Assembly: GCA_963812605.1 (NCBI GenBank)
Contig: CAWEWF010000008.1
Location: forward strand, 96,001 to 160,000
DNA: 64,000 nucleotides
Direction of reading: 5' to 3'
Source of the DNA: an uncultured Verrucomicrobiae bacterium
GTDB taxonomy: Bacteria > Verrucomicrobiota > Verrucomicrobiia > Palsa-1439
The notes beneath the pieces are model-generated. The model saw only the letters and a program-made list of their open reading frames with translations, had not been told where the DNA came from and did no database searches. The position numbers and the translations under genes were made by a program. How positions within the stretch are numbered: position 1 is the first letter of the stretch; every line of letters begins with the position of its first letter. Below, one piece after another: positions 34,007-44,939 of the stretch.

Positions 34007-34957
34007 GTGAGTAGGACTACACTCATAGCGCAAGCGGTACTCATCGCTGTGTTGGTTTACATTTTGGTGGTGCCAGTTGCCCTGCAAGCAGCGGACAACG
34101 ACGAAACACCCCTTTTCGCCTCCCCGGATCAGGCTGTAACGACCTTGCGGGCGGCGGTGAAAACCCAGGACACAAACGCAATGCGGAACGTGTTCGGTCC
34201 GGCGATAAGCGAAATAGCCAACCCTGATCCCGTCGAACGCGCGCATAACCTCGCGACCTTTGCCAGGCGTCTGGCCGAATTCGTCGAATTATCCACCCAA
34301 AAGAATGGAAACGTCGTTCTCGACATCGGCAATGAGCACTGGCCGTTTCCAATCCCGCTGGTCAAGAAGGGCGACCAATGGTTCTTTGACATCCAAGCTG
34401 GTAAAGAAGAGATTCTCAACCGCCGCGTTGGCCAAAACGAATTGAGCGCTATTGAGGTTTGCCACACCTACGTTCAAGCGCAACGCGAATACGCGATGAA
34501 AGACCGCGCCGGCAACGGGATAATAGAATACGCACAGAAGATGAGAAGCACACCCGGAACAAAAGACGGGTTATACTGGGAAGCCAAGCCGGATGAGGAG
34601 CAAAGCCCGTTCGGCCCCTTGGTGGCCAGGGCGCACGAAGAAGGCTACGGCAAAAAAAAGGATGGCGCGGATACTCAGAAAACCCACAACCCGTTCCATG
34701 GCTACTTCCTCAGAATTCTGACGAAGCAAGGCGAAAGCGCCCCGGGCGGAAAGTACGATTACATCATCAACGGCCACATGGTCGCGGGCTTTGCGTTTCT
34801 CGCCCACCCCGCCCAGTGGGGTAACTCCGGGGTGATGACCTTCATCGTAAACCAGCATGGCCAGGTCTATCAGAAAAACCTCGGCGAAAAGACCACCGAG
34901 TTGGCCAATGAGATTACAGAATACAACCCCGACGAAACCTGGAAGCCGGCTGAGTAG
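34007..34957 (+). CDS. DUF2950 family exported protein
   Basis: FASPDQA, WPFPIPLVK, RRVGQNEL, DGLYW, PFHGYFLRIL, GNSGVMTFIVN motifs. Confidence 0.9.
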   Translation: MSRTTLIAQAVLIAVLVYILVVPVALQAADNDETPLFASPDQAVTTLRAAVKTQDTNAMRNVFGPAISEIANPDPVERAHNLATFARRLAEFVELSTQKNGNVVLDIGNEHWPFPIPLVKKGDQWFFDIQAGKEEILNRRVGQNELSAIEVCHTYVQAQREYAMKDRAGNGIIEYAQKMRSTPGTKDGLYWEAKPDEEQSPFGPLVARAHEEGYGKKKDGADTQKTHNPFHGYFLRILTKQGESAPGGKYDYIINGHMVAGFAFLAHPAQWGNSGVMTFIVNQHGQVYQKNLGEKTTELANEITEYNPDETWKPAE

Positions 34958-35067
34958 CGAGCATATTGCAGTTCTGGATTCCAGATCGTGGATTTCAATC
35001 GCCGCAGAATCGCCGTGAATTCCCGGATTTTTCCGCACTTCCGGACCAAACGGATGGAAACCACAGA

Positions 35068-35116
35068 TGGCCTCCGGAGCCAAAGGTTGTGGGATCAAAT
35101 CCCGCCGGGCGTACCA
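35068..35116 (+). repeat. 3'-half copy of tRNA-Arg (att-like site)
   Basis: TGGCCTCCGGAGCCAAAGGTTGTGGGATCAAATCCCGCCGGGCGTACCA matches 31301-31349; no 5' half upstream. Confidence 0.8.
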
Positions 35117-35304
35117 ATTTCATGCCGCTGTAGGGCAGTATTTTCAAGGCGTATACAGCATCCCGCCAAGACGAGGTTTTTTCCTCCAACAAGGACATCA
35201 CCCGAAGCACTCACCCCAGCTCTTTTAGACAACCAAGAAATTACGATTACATCGAAGAAATAGCCCCGCAACGAATGAGAAAAATCAGAAGCGTGGCTTG
35301 GAGA

Positions 35305-38300
35305 CTACTGTGGGGAGGAGAGCTTGATGGTGACCTTCTCGCCGGCGGCGTCCGTGCCTTTCAACGAAAGGCGCGTGGCGCTGAAAGTGCCGGAGAAGTT
35401 GATCGGCTGGTTGTCGATGGTGATGTACCCGAACACCTTGCTGCGGGAGGTCACCAGCAATTGTCCCACCACCATGTCCGGAGCGTCGCTGGTCGCGATG
35501 TCGAAGACGGCGGCATCGTCGGCATTGGTGGTAATCCGGTAGATCATCTGCGTCGCGGTCTTGACCACCGTCACCGCTCCTGACCAGGTACCGCTAATAT
35601 CCGGAAACGTCGTCATCGGGATGCCCTTCCAGTGGAAGGGGCCAAAGCCATTGGTCGGTACTGTCCCGCTGAGACTCTTAAGGCTCTTTACTGTCGCCAA
35701 CAACATACTATTCCAGTTCGTCACGCCGTCGGTCTGCTCGACGAACTGTCCGGTCACTTGCCCCGCGGCATTCGTGCTCCACTGACCCGAAACCTCATCG
35801 AGCCCAAAGGTCTTGAGGCGAATCCCATAGCCGCTGGCGCTGAAGTCATCCCCGAAGCTCAGGAATTGGGCGCCTTTGTCGAACCCACTGATCGTGACTT
35901 CCCAATCGCCCAATGGCGAGTTCTTGGCGCCGACAGTGATCATGACCGCCGTGGAGGTGTTGGTCGCCCCGAAGGTGTCGGTGGCGCGCGCTGTGAGCGT
36001 ATGAGTGGCGAGTGTGGAACTGACCATGAAGTTTGTTGTCCCTGGGCTGGATGTGGTCTCCCCGATCTTCGTGCCGTCCCCAAAGAACTCGATCTTGCTG
36101 ATGGCCCCGCCGTCGTTGGCCGTGGCGCTGGCGACAACGGTGATCGAGTTTGTCTGCGGATACAACATGCCGTTGGCTGGACGGAGGATGGTCACTGTTG
36201 GTGGCGTGTTGGTCACGGTAATCAGGTTGGAACGGCTCAAGGTATTGGAACCACCGGGACCGGATACCGTCAGCGTGACCGAATAGACGCCGGCGGTGGA
36301 ATACGTGTGGCTCGGGCTGCTGGACAAGCTGGTGGCATTGTCGCCAAAGGTCCACTCATGGTCGGTGATCGTGCCGGTCGAGGCGTCAAGGAAGTTGACC
36401 AACAGCGGTGTGGCGCCATTTGTCGGACTGGCGGTGAACTCCGCCACCGGTTGGGGCGGTAGCAGAATGGTGCCGGTGTTGTTGGTGGTGGAGTTGAAAT
36501 GGACGATGCCATTGGCGGCATCAATGGTGCCGCTGTTGACCAACGGTCCGTTGAAATCCAGGATCGCACCCGGGGCCGCGATGATGGTGGCGGTGTTGGT
36601 GATAACGCCGTTGAAGCTCAATGTGCCGCAATCATTCGTGATCGTTCCCAGGTTGACCACCGTACCATTGATCGTGCCGCAGCCGGTGAGCAGGGCGTTG
36701 GTATTCACCGTCAACCCGGCATCGAAGGCATGGGTCCCGCCCAGCAGCGTCATGGTGGCCGAATCGATGCCGATCCCGATCACGAAGGTCTGGCCATTAG
36801 CGTTGGTCGTCGCGCTGGCCACCAGTCGCCCCTGGCCGAAAACGAAATCGACCGGCGGGCTTGATGGTGAGATTGGCGATCAAGGTGCCGCCCTGAATCG
36901 ACAGCGTGCCCGCACTGCTGTTGCTGACCACCATCTGGGAGGCCGTCACCGTGCCGTTGGACAAGACCATCTGCCCGACGCCCAGGTTGCCGATGAGGGT
37001 GGGCAGGTCGCTCAGCACCATTGCGCCGCCGGCGATCCAGACCTGGCCGGTGGAGTTCGGAAGTTGACCAATGACCAACAGAGTGGAGACGTTCATCTGG
37101 CCCCCGGAAATCGTCAAGGTGCCGGTGTCATCGTCGCCGACATACACAATCATCGCAGTCCGCGGTTCCGTTGTTGGCAACGGTGACCGCACCCGTGTGG
37201 GCGTTGCCACAGTCCAGGGTGCCGTTGAAAATATCCAACTCTCCCCCCTGGATCGTCACGTCGTTGGGCACCAGCAAGGCGTTGGAACCGATCAGGCTGA
37301 CCAGCCCGTTGCTCAGGATGGTCAGGTCACCATGACCTCCCGCGCTGCTGCCCAAGAGGATCGTGCTGGCCAGCACTGTGGCGTTGGAGACCATCATATG
37401 ACCCACGCCCACGCCATTGGTGCTGGTGCCGTCATTGCCGATGCCGATGACGCCATTGGTCGCATTCAGTTGGCCGCCGACCACTTGCAACACGCCCGTC
37501 GTGCCAAGACCAGCGGCAAGTTGCAAGTTCGTACCGATATTCAGGGTTCCGCCGGTTATATGGATGAATGCTTGGGTGTTCGTTGCAAAAATCGAGCTGC
37601 CGTTGAGTTGTGACAGGATTGTTAATGTTCCACCAGCGACGGTGACAGTTCCTTGACTCTGAAGGTTAGTGGAGATTTGAAGAAAGCTGCACGTTACCGA
37701 ACCCCCGGCGATGGTCAGCGTGCCTGCCGAGCCGGGGTTGCCTCCGTTGCCTCCCAACACTATATTATCGGCCAGCACGCTGCCGTTGGACACGGTCATT
37801 TGGCCGGGGCCTAGAAGCCCTATGTAGACTTCCAGGCCTACGTTGTTGTTGGTGATCGTGAGTTGCCCCCCGGTCACCCACACGGCACCTGTCCCATTCG
37901 GTTCCCCACCTACTGCGAGACCTGATAGAAGTGAGGTCGTTCCCCCATCAATGGTCAGTGTACCTGTTGAGCCAGCCTCGCCTCCCACACCTATGAGGTT
38001 GGCAAGCACGCTGCCATTGGATACCGTCATTTGACCGATACCTTCAAAGCCCAAGGAGATCTCACTTTTCACGTCGTTGGTGCACGTGAGTTGTCCGCCG
38101 GTCACCCACACGGCACCTGTCGTATTGGCAAATTCACCAACGTCGAGAGTGGTGATGAGAATGAGTTCGTTCCCCCTGCAATGGTCAGCGTGCCATCCAC
38201 AACCGCCTGCTCAACGTTCTGCAGTGTGCCATTGGAAACTACGACCCCGCCCCCGGCATTAATCGCAAAAAAACCGCCCGCCAAACCAGTCACGAGCAGG

Positions 38301-39358
38301 GCCGAGTTGGTCACCACCAGCAAACCGTTGGAGTTGACGGTCAAGCCGTTTAGAATATCCAATGGTGTAGCCAACCCCGCGCCGCTCAAGAGCAGCGTGT
38401 TGGTCGAACCTGATGGGGCCGACAATGTCAGGTTACTGATCGTCATCGTGCTGGGGAAATTGCTTGATGTGACGGCGTCGATCGTGACGGTCTTGGAGGC
38501 CGCGTTGGTAATGTAAATGCCGACCTGCGTTGAATCCGGCGGCACACCGAGCGACCAGTTCACACCCTGTTCCCACTTGCCGCTCGATGGACTGATGTAG
38601 CTGTTACCGGGTGGCACCACAATGAGGTTCACTTGTGTATTCGTGGCCGAACCCGCTGGACCGCTCACGATGAGGGTCACGGTAAATGTTCCGGCTTCCT
38701 GATAGAAATGATCTGGGAATTCATCCTGCCCGTTCGTGCTTGTGCCGTCCCCGAAATCCCAGAAAATATTGGTGATGCTTCCACTTGTGGAGCCGTCAAA
38801 GAACACCTCCAGCGGCGCAGCGCCATTCGTGGGAGACGCACTAAAACTGGCAACGGGAGGGACAAGGCTTGTCGTGATGAGGTTCGCTTGTGTGTTCGTG
38901 GCCGAGCCCGCTGGACCGCTGACTATGAGGGTCACAGTAAATGTTCCTGCTCCTTGATAGGTATGTTCTACGGAGAAATCATCCTCGCTGAAGGTTGTGC
39001 CATCTCCGAAATCCCAGAAATGGTTGCTGATGCTCCCACTTGAGAAATCGTTAAAAAACACCAGCAGTGGCGCAGGGCCATTCGTGGGGCTCGCCGTGTA
39101 ATTGGCTGACACTTGTCCGTGGGCGCTCAGGGTCATTACCAGCAGCAGAAAGGCAACGAGCCAGAGGATTCGTTGGAATCGCGCGCCCGCTTTTCGCCAA
39201 GCGGCTATGCTCTGGGCAAAAAAGCAGCCAGATGGCCTGGGCCCGGGTTGGAAAATACCTCGTTCCAAGTTACGCCATTCCTCTCGCCCTATACTACGAA
39301 CCAGCCGGCGTCGCGGATGCACTGCGGCTTGCTTCTCCAAGCGCGGCCAATTAACCAA
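35305..39358 (-). CDS. Secreted beta-helix repeat surface protein 3 (two N-terminal PKD, PKD, Big-like, GDWEVTIS-type C-domain); several frameshifts; exact start uncertain
   Basis: ORFs 38102-39358, 37128-38111, 36797-37210 and 35305-36822 are colinear with the paralog at 17211-22551; signal-like ILWLVAFLLLVMTLSAHG. Confidence 0.75.
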
Positions 39359-39377
39359 AGGCGGGGATGGCTGTCGA
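39349..39377 (-). promoter_or_regulatory. Sigma70-like promoter, copy 3 of 3
   Basis: TCGACA-N17-TTAATT in a diverged copy of the same upstream block. Confidence 0.5.
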
Positions 39378-39556
39378 GAAGAAATTGCGCTTCGCAGCGC
39401 GTCCTTCGCGAACTCACAAACGGTGGGACAGGCTTCTTGTGCCTGTCAAAAATCTATACACAGGCCCCGAAAGCTTTCGGGGTGCCACCACTTCTTCTAT
39501 TTATTGCAAGAGCTTGATGCAGACCGTCTCGGGGGTGGCAGACTTGCCCTTGAGGG

Positions 39557-41503
39557 TCATTGCGTAACAACGCCGACGTGATAGTAGCGTGATGGGTGGT
39601 TCGTCGCGCCGCCGGAATCCGTGACGGTCAGGGTCCCGCCCGTCCCGGTCACGTTCGTCAACGTCATCCACGGGCCGGTCGCGTTGAAGGACTTGTTGGT
39701 TTCGTACTCGACGGTGTACGGGCCGTTGGTGCACGTGGTGAAGGTGACGTGGATATCCGTGACGACCTTCTGGATGGCCGTGATCGTCGGGACGCAGTTG
39801 CTGGTCAGGACGACCCCGCTGCCCGCCAGCGTGGAATTGAAGATCACGCCGCCACTGAGCGCGTCGATCACCCCATCATTGACTACCGCGCCATCGAACT
39901 GCAGCACATTGCCGTCGAGCGCCAGCATCGTCCCATTGTTGGTGACGATGCCGGTGAAGGTCAGCGTGCCGCAAGAGACGACGACAACGCCGCCGGTATC
40001 GTTCACCGCGTTGCCTTCGATGGTGCCGCAGCCGGAGAGGGTGCCATTGTTGGCAAGCTCCAGGTTGTTGGCGAAGGAATGCACGCCACCGTCGAGCAGG
40101 AACGTAGCGGCATCGGTGCCATCGCCGACAAGGAAGAGCTGGTTGTTGGACACCACCGTGTAGCCGCTGCTGAGCGTGCCACCGGGAAAGGCGAACTGAC
40201 TGTCGTCGCCATTGGTCAAGACCAGGCCGCCGGCGTTCACCATGCCGTTGGAGATGGTGAGCTGACCAATCGTGTTGCTGCCCATGCTGACGATGGGGGA
40301 ACAACCGTTGCTGTCGATGATGCCGGGATCCCCGATTATACCATCTGGGATCACCGCCGACGGACAGAGGGAGCACGTACCGGCGTTAATGATTATATTG
40401 GCTGCGGGAACGTTCAGGGTCCCGCCCTTCACGTACACCCAGCCACTGCCACCGTTCTCGCCGATAACCAGCTTGGAAAACGTCGCGGTGCTGCCGGTGG
40501 CCAGGGTGAGTGTGCCGACACCGTAGTCGCCGACGATGGTGGTGAGAACGTTGGCTATCAACTTGCCGCCAGTCATCGGCACCGTGCCTCTGCCGCTCGA
40601 CAGGGTCCCGCCGATGATCAGCGACGAAGAGACGGTCATCTGGCCCGCGGATATGTTCACCGTGCCATAGTTATTGACCCCGACATATAAGGTCTGACAG
40701 GAAAGCGTGCCACCGGAAATGTTTATGGTGTCCGTGCCCCCCTGCCCGACTGGGAAGACACCGTTCTCACTAATCAGCTGGCCACCGGGGATAGTCACGG
40801 TCCCGGTGTCGGCCACCAGCATGGCGTTGGAGCCGACCAAGTGGACCAGCCCGTTGGTCAGGATGTTCAACGTTGCCTGGCCGCCGACGCAACTGCCCAG
40901 CAGCATCGTGTTGGCCAGCACCGTGGCGTTGGAGACGGTCATGGTCCCCACGCCTAACCCGTTGGTGATCGTGCCGTCGTTGCCGATGCTGATGATGCCG
41001 TTCGTGGCGACCAGTTGGCCGCCGGTGACGTTGACGGTGCCCGTGGAATTGTCGGAGACGGCGACCAGCAGATTGGAGGACAACTGCGTGGTGCCGCTGG
41101 CGGAAGTCAGCGTGCCCTGGTCAATCTCCACCGGACCCGTGATGTTGAAGGTGCCGCCATCGTTGAGAAGGCTGGCGCCGTTGGTGAGGAAAAATTGATT
41201 GAGGATATTAAACGACACGGTGCCGACATTGGTGAGTTGCAGCGTGTTGGCGCCGAGGATGAGACTCTTGATGATCATGGAAGACGGGAAACTGCCCGCG
41301 GTGGTAGAATCGATGGTGATCGTAATGCGGTTCGTACCGGTGATGACGTCGGCGATGTCGTTGGTGGACGGGGCGACACTTCGCGACCAACTGTTGCTGG
41401 TTTCCCATTTGCCATTGCCGTCGATGTAATTGTTGGTCTGCGCTTGGGTGGAGGTGATGAGCGCAAGGCCGAGCGCGATGCTGGCGAGTAGTTTGCTTTT
41501 CAT
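39557..41503 (-). CDS. Secreted beta-helix repeat surface protein 4 with RFYR-like C-terminal domain
   Basis: MKSKLLASIALGLALITSTQA signal; GKWE..SWS module; ends TDSGGATNHPSRYYHVGVVTQ. Confidence 0.85.
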   Translation of the reverse strand: MKSKLLASIALGLALITSTQAQTNNYIDGNGKWETSNSWSRSVAPSTNDIADVITGTNRITITIDSTTAGSFPSSMIIKSLILGANTLQLTNVGTVSFNILNQFFLTNGASLLNDGGTFNITGPVEIDQGTLTSASGTTQLSSNLLVAVSDNSTGTVNVTGGQLVATNGIISIGNDGTITNGLGVGTMTVSNATVLANTMLLGSCVGGQATLNILTNGLVHLVGSNAMLVADTGTVTIPGGQLISENGVFPVGQGGTDTINISGGTLSCQTLYVGVNNYGTVNISAGQMTVSSSLIIGGTLSSGRGTVPMTGGKLIANVLTTIVGDYGVGTLTLATGSTATFSKLVIGENGGSGWVYVKGGTLNVPAANIIINAGTCSLCPSAVIPDGIIGDPGIIDSNGCSPIVSMGSNTIGQLTISNGMVNAGGLVLTNGDDSQFAFPGGTLSSGYTVVSNNQLFLVGDGTDAATFLLDGGVHSFANNLELANNGTLSGCGTIEGNAVNDTGGVVVVSCGTLTFTGIVTNNGTMLALDGNVLQFDGAVVNDGVIDALSGGVIFNSTLAGSGVVLTSNCVPTITAIQKVVTDIHVTFTTCTNGPYTVEYETNKSFNATGPWMTLTNVTGTGGTLTVTDSGGATNHPSRYYHVGVVTQ

Positions 41504-41751
41504 GATTGGCGTTCTTTCGCTGGCGCAGGGATCTGCGCTGGGGTGTGCAAGCAAACCAAGAGCGTTGCGTCTTGATAAACCGCCCGCCGGTGCGACCCGC
41601 GTGATCCGTTGAACTTCATTGTTCCTCCGACAGTGAAAACCGCCGCAAAGCCCGGACTCTACGCTTTCTCGGAAAAAACTATTAAAACCCCAGACCGCAT
41701 ATAAGTCAAGCTTTTCCAGACTTGGGCGGTGGTACGTTTTTGAGAATTCCA

Positions 41752-41835
41752 TGTCACCCTGAGCGAAGCGAAGGGTCTCGCTATGCTGTTGGCGAGCGCG
41801 CAAAAGAGAGATTCTTCGCTTCGCTCAGAATGACA
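41752..41835. repeat. REP-like miniature inverted repeat
   Basis: TGTCACCCTGAGCGAAGCGAAGGGTCT ... AGATTCTTCGCTTCGCTCAGAATGACA terminal inverted repeats. Confidence 0.8.
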
Positions 41836-42158
41836 GAGCGAAGAAGGTTTCAGTGATTTCGAATAATGTAATGTTCAAAACGTGCCAGTACCCAGCCTTG
41901 CGTAACCAGGGGGGTTATGGAGGCACGACAACCCGCGCCTTGGAACTTCCAGGGTAGAACGGCAACTCCTGAATCGACGGCGCTCACAATGGCGCCGGTG
42001 CCGACGGCAATATTTGGTCAAGATAATCCAACGGCTATTGACCAGATTATTTCCCGCATCCCGTGTGCGACACGCTTCCAAAGCGACAATTGGAGCAAGG
42101 GACAAGGGCACGCTCCGGTACAACCGGATTTCCCGCGTAGCCGCCGCGAGGATTTGGC

Positions 42159-42186
42159 TTGCATCGCACCTGGGTGCAACTATGAT
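42159..42186 (+). promoter_or_regulatory. Sigma70-like promoter of tpsA operon 2 with TTGC-N13-GCAA dyad
   Basis: TTGCAT-N16-TATGAT; paralogous to 22743-22770. Confidence 0.55.
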
Positions 42187-42214
42187 AAATTGTTGGCGTG
42201 GAGATCGCAGCGTT

Positions 42215-44939
42215 ATGAATCGGATGATGACCCGCTATTCGCTGTTGCTGATCGGTCTTTCGTGGACGCTTGCGCATAGTACTCCTTGTCCCGGACAAGG
42301 TCATGTCGTTCTCGACGGAACACTGGGCAGCAGCGGACCGTTATCAGGCCCCAATTTCAACATCACCTCGGGACTCGGCAAGACCGTCGGCAATAATCTC
42401 TTCCAAAGTTTCAGCCAGTTCAATCTGGTCAATGGTGACGTGGCCACTTTTTCCGGGCCGGCCAACATCCAGAACATCCTGGCGAGGGTGACGGGCGGCA
42501 GTCCTTCTTCGATCGATGGGATAGTCCAATCGAGCATCCAGGGGGCCAATCTGTTTTTCATCAATCCATTCGGGGTGCTGTTCGGATCGCATGCCCTGGT
42601 GAATGTCAGCGGCTCATTCGCGGTGACCTCGGCGAGTTACCTCAAGCTGGCCGATGGCGGCAGATTTGACGCGGCCAATCCAGCCAACGACGTGCTCACG
42701 GCCGCCCCCGTCAGCGCCTTTGGATTCTCCAGCCTGCCGGGAACCATTTCTTTTGACCAAAGCACGCTGGCCGTGCCCGATGGGCAAAGCTTTTCCGTGG
42801 TCGGCGGGGACATCACGATGAATGGGGCGACGATTCGAGCGCCGGGTGGCCGCGTCAACCTCGTCAGCGTCAAGTCCGCCGGAGAACTGGCGCTGGATGT
42901 GACGGACTTCACGGCCCTCCCTAACACGGGGGCTTTCAGCGCCCTGGGCCAGATTACCGTGCAGAATGCCGGTGCTGTTCAAAGTACGGTTGATGCGAGT
43001 GGAGATGGCGGCGGCCAGGTGGTGATTCGTGGCGGAACGCTGGTGGTGCAAAACTCCGTGATCGCAGCCAATACCCTGGGGGAATCCGCTGGGAAAGGCA
43101 TCGACATCAACGTGACAGGCGACTTGATCGTGTCGGGAGGGGCAATTGCCACGGACACCTCCGGCTCTGGAAATGGAGGCGCGCTGAACGTCACCGCCGG
43201 TTCGATAACCCTGAACGCCGCAGGTAATAGCGTCTCGGGGATTCTCTCCGACACCGAAGCGGGCGCAAGCGGAAACGGTGGGACCGTCAGCATTACGACC
43301 CCGACCCTCGATATACTGAATGGGGCGCGAGTCTCGGCGGCGACGGGCGGCATGGGCAACGGCGGCAACGTAACGGTCAATGCCAGCACGATTAATCTCA
43401 ACGGGGGAAACGCGCAGGGGTTCGGCTCCTCGATCACCGGAATCTCTGTCAGCAGCTTGAATGACCCCGGCGGCAATGCCGGTAGCATCGTCATTCAACC
43501 GTTGAGCGGAGGAGCGCTCAGCCTGAAGGTCGTCAATGGCGCGCAGGTGGCCGCGGAGACGGACGGCAGCGGGGCGGGTGGCAGTATCAATATCGTCGCC
43601 GACTCCATTCAATTGGACGGACAGACATCCTTCCAGCTCACGGGAATTGAAGCGATGACCTTTGGCGCAGGCCAGGGTGGCGACATCCAGATTCAAACCC
43701 GCGCGCTGACACTGGCGAATGGCTCGGTACTCAGCACGGCCACCTTCGGCAACGGAGGCGGCGGTGACATCACCGTAAATGCCAACACGATCACCGTCCA
43801 AACTTCTTCCTCGATCAACGCGCAGACGTTTGGGCTGGGGCCGGAGGAAATATCGATCTTACCGCGACAACCTCGCTCATCCTGGACGGCCAACAGGCAA
43901 ACGGGTCGCCCGGATTCGCTGAGATCGCGGCGAGCAACCCCTTCGGCGTGGAAGGAAATGCCCCGCCGGAAACATCACCATCACCACACCGTTGTTGGAG
44001 GTGTTGAACGGTGCGGATATCTCGGCTTCCGCCGACGGACCCAGCCCCGGGGGTAACATCACCATCAAAGCGGGGGCGGTGACTCTCGATAACGGTGCTT
44101 CCATCTCCTGCTCGAGCGTCAGCGCACCGGCCGGCGGCATTACCATTACCGCCATGCAGACCATTCAGCTCGGTGGCGCGAGCGTTATCAGCGTATCGGC
44201 TGCCGACAGCGACGCGGGCGACATCACTGCGTCTGCGGGCGGGGATATCCGCGTGACCGACAGCCAAATCACTGCCACAGCGTCTCAGAATGGCGGCAAC
44301 ATCACCCTGAATTCGCTGTCTTTGATTTACCTGCGCAACAGCCAAATTGATGCCTCCGCGGGTAATAACGGCGGCAACGTCACGCTGGACCCACTGTCGG
44401 TAGTCTTGAACAACAGCACGATCACGACAAGCGCGGGAGGGGGAATCGGCGGCAATATCACCGTGCAGACTGCGCATCTCGTCGATCTTCTTGACAGCGC
44501 CTTGAAGGCTGAATCCACGAGCGGAAACGGCGGCAACATTACGGTTGGTCCGCCAAATGGCGAAGGCGCCGCCACGGTTGGTCGGCCAGTTGTGGCCTTG
44601 AATCAGAGCGATGTCTCAGCCAATGCCCCGGAGGGACAAGGTGGGAACATCACATTCGTTACAAGGGGTTTCCTTCGATCAGGAGGCACCATTACGGCAA
44701 CGGGGTCGAAGAATGGCACGGTTACGATCCAGTCACCCAATGTTGATTTGACGGGAATTGTGGCTCCTTTGCCCGGATCGCTGTTGGACGCCGAGGCGCA
44801 GCTTCAACCTTACTGCGAAATGAAACTGACTGGTAACGTCAGCAGTTTCCTGGTGCGCGGCAAAGGCGGAGTGGCCCTGGAGCCGTCGGGAGCGTCGCCA
44901 AGTTTCGAATTGCCGCCTTCCGATAATGAAACCCGATAG
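42215..44939 (+). CDS. TpsA-type exoprotein 2; frameshifts ~43840-43970
   Basis: Near-identical TPS domain to copy 1; ORFs 42014-44056 and 43992-44939 join; same C-tail LQPYC...SSFLVRGKGG. Confidence 0.88.

Noticed and set aside
41504-41803. Extended N-terminus of ORF 39557-41803 and a c-di-GMP riboswitch in this leader
   Set aside because: The extension runs through the REP-like element and the signal peptide starts at 41503; only a partial GCAAAGCC match on the wrong strand, without the rest of the aptamer
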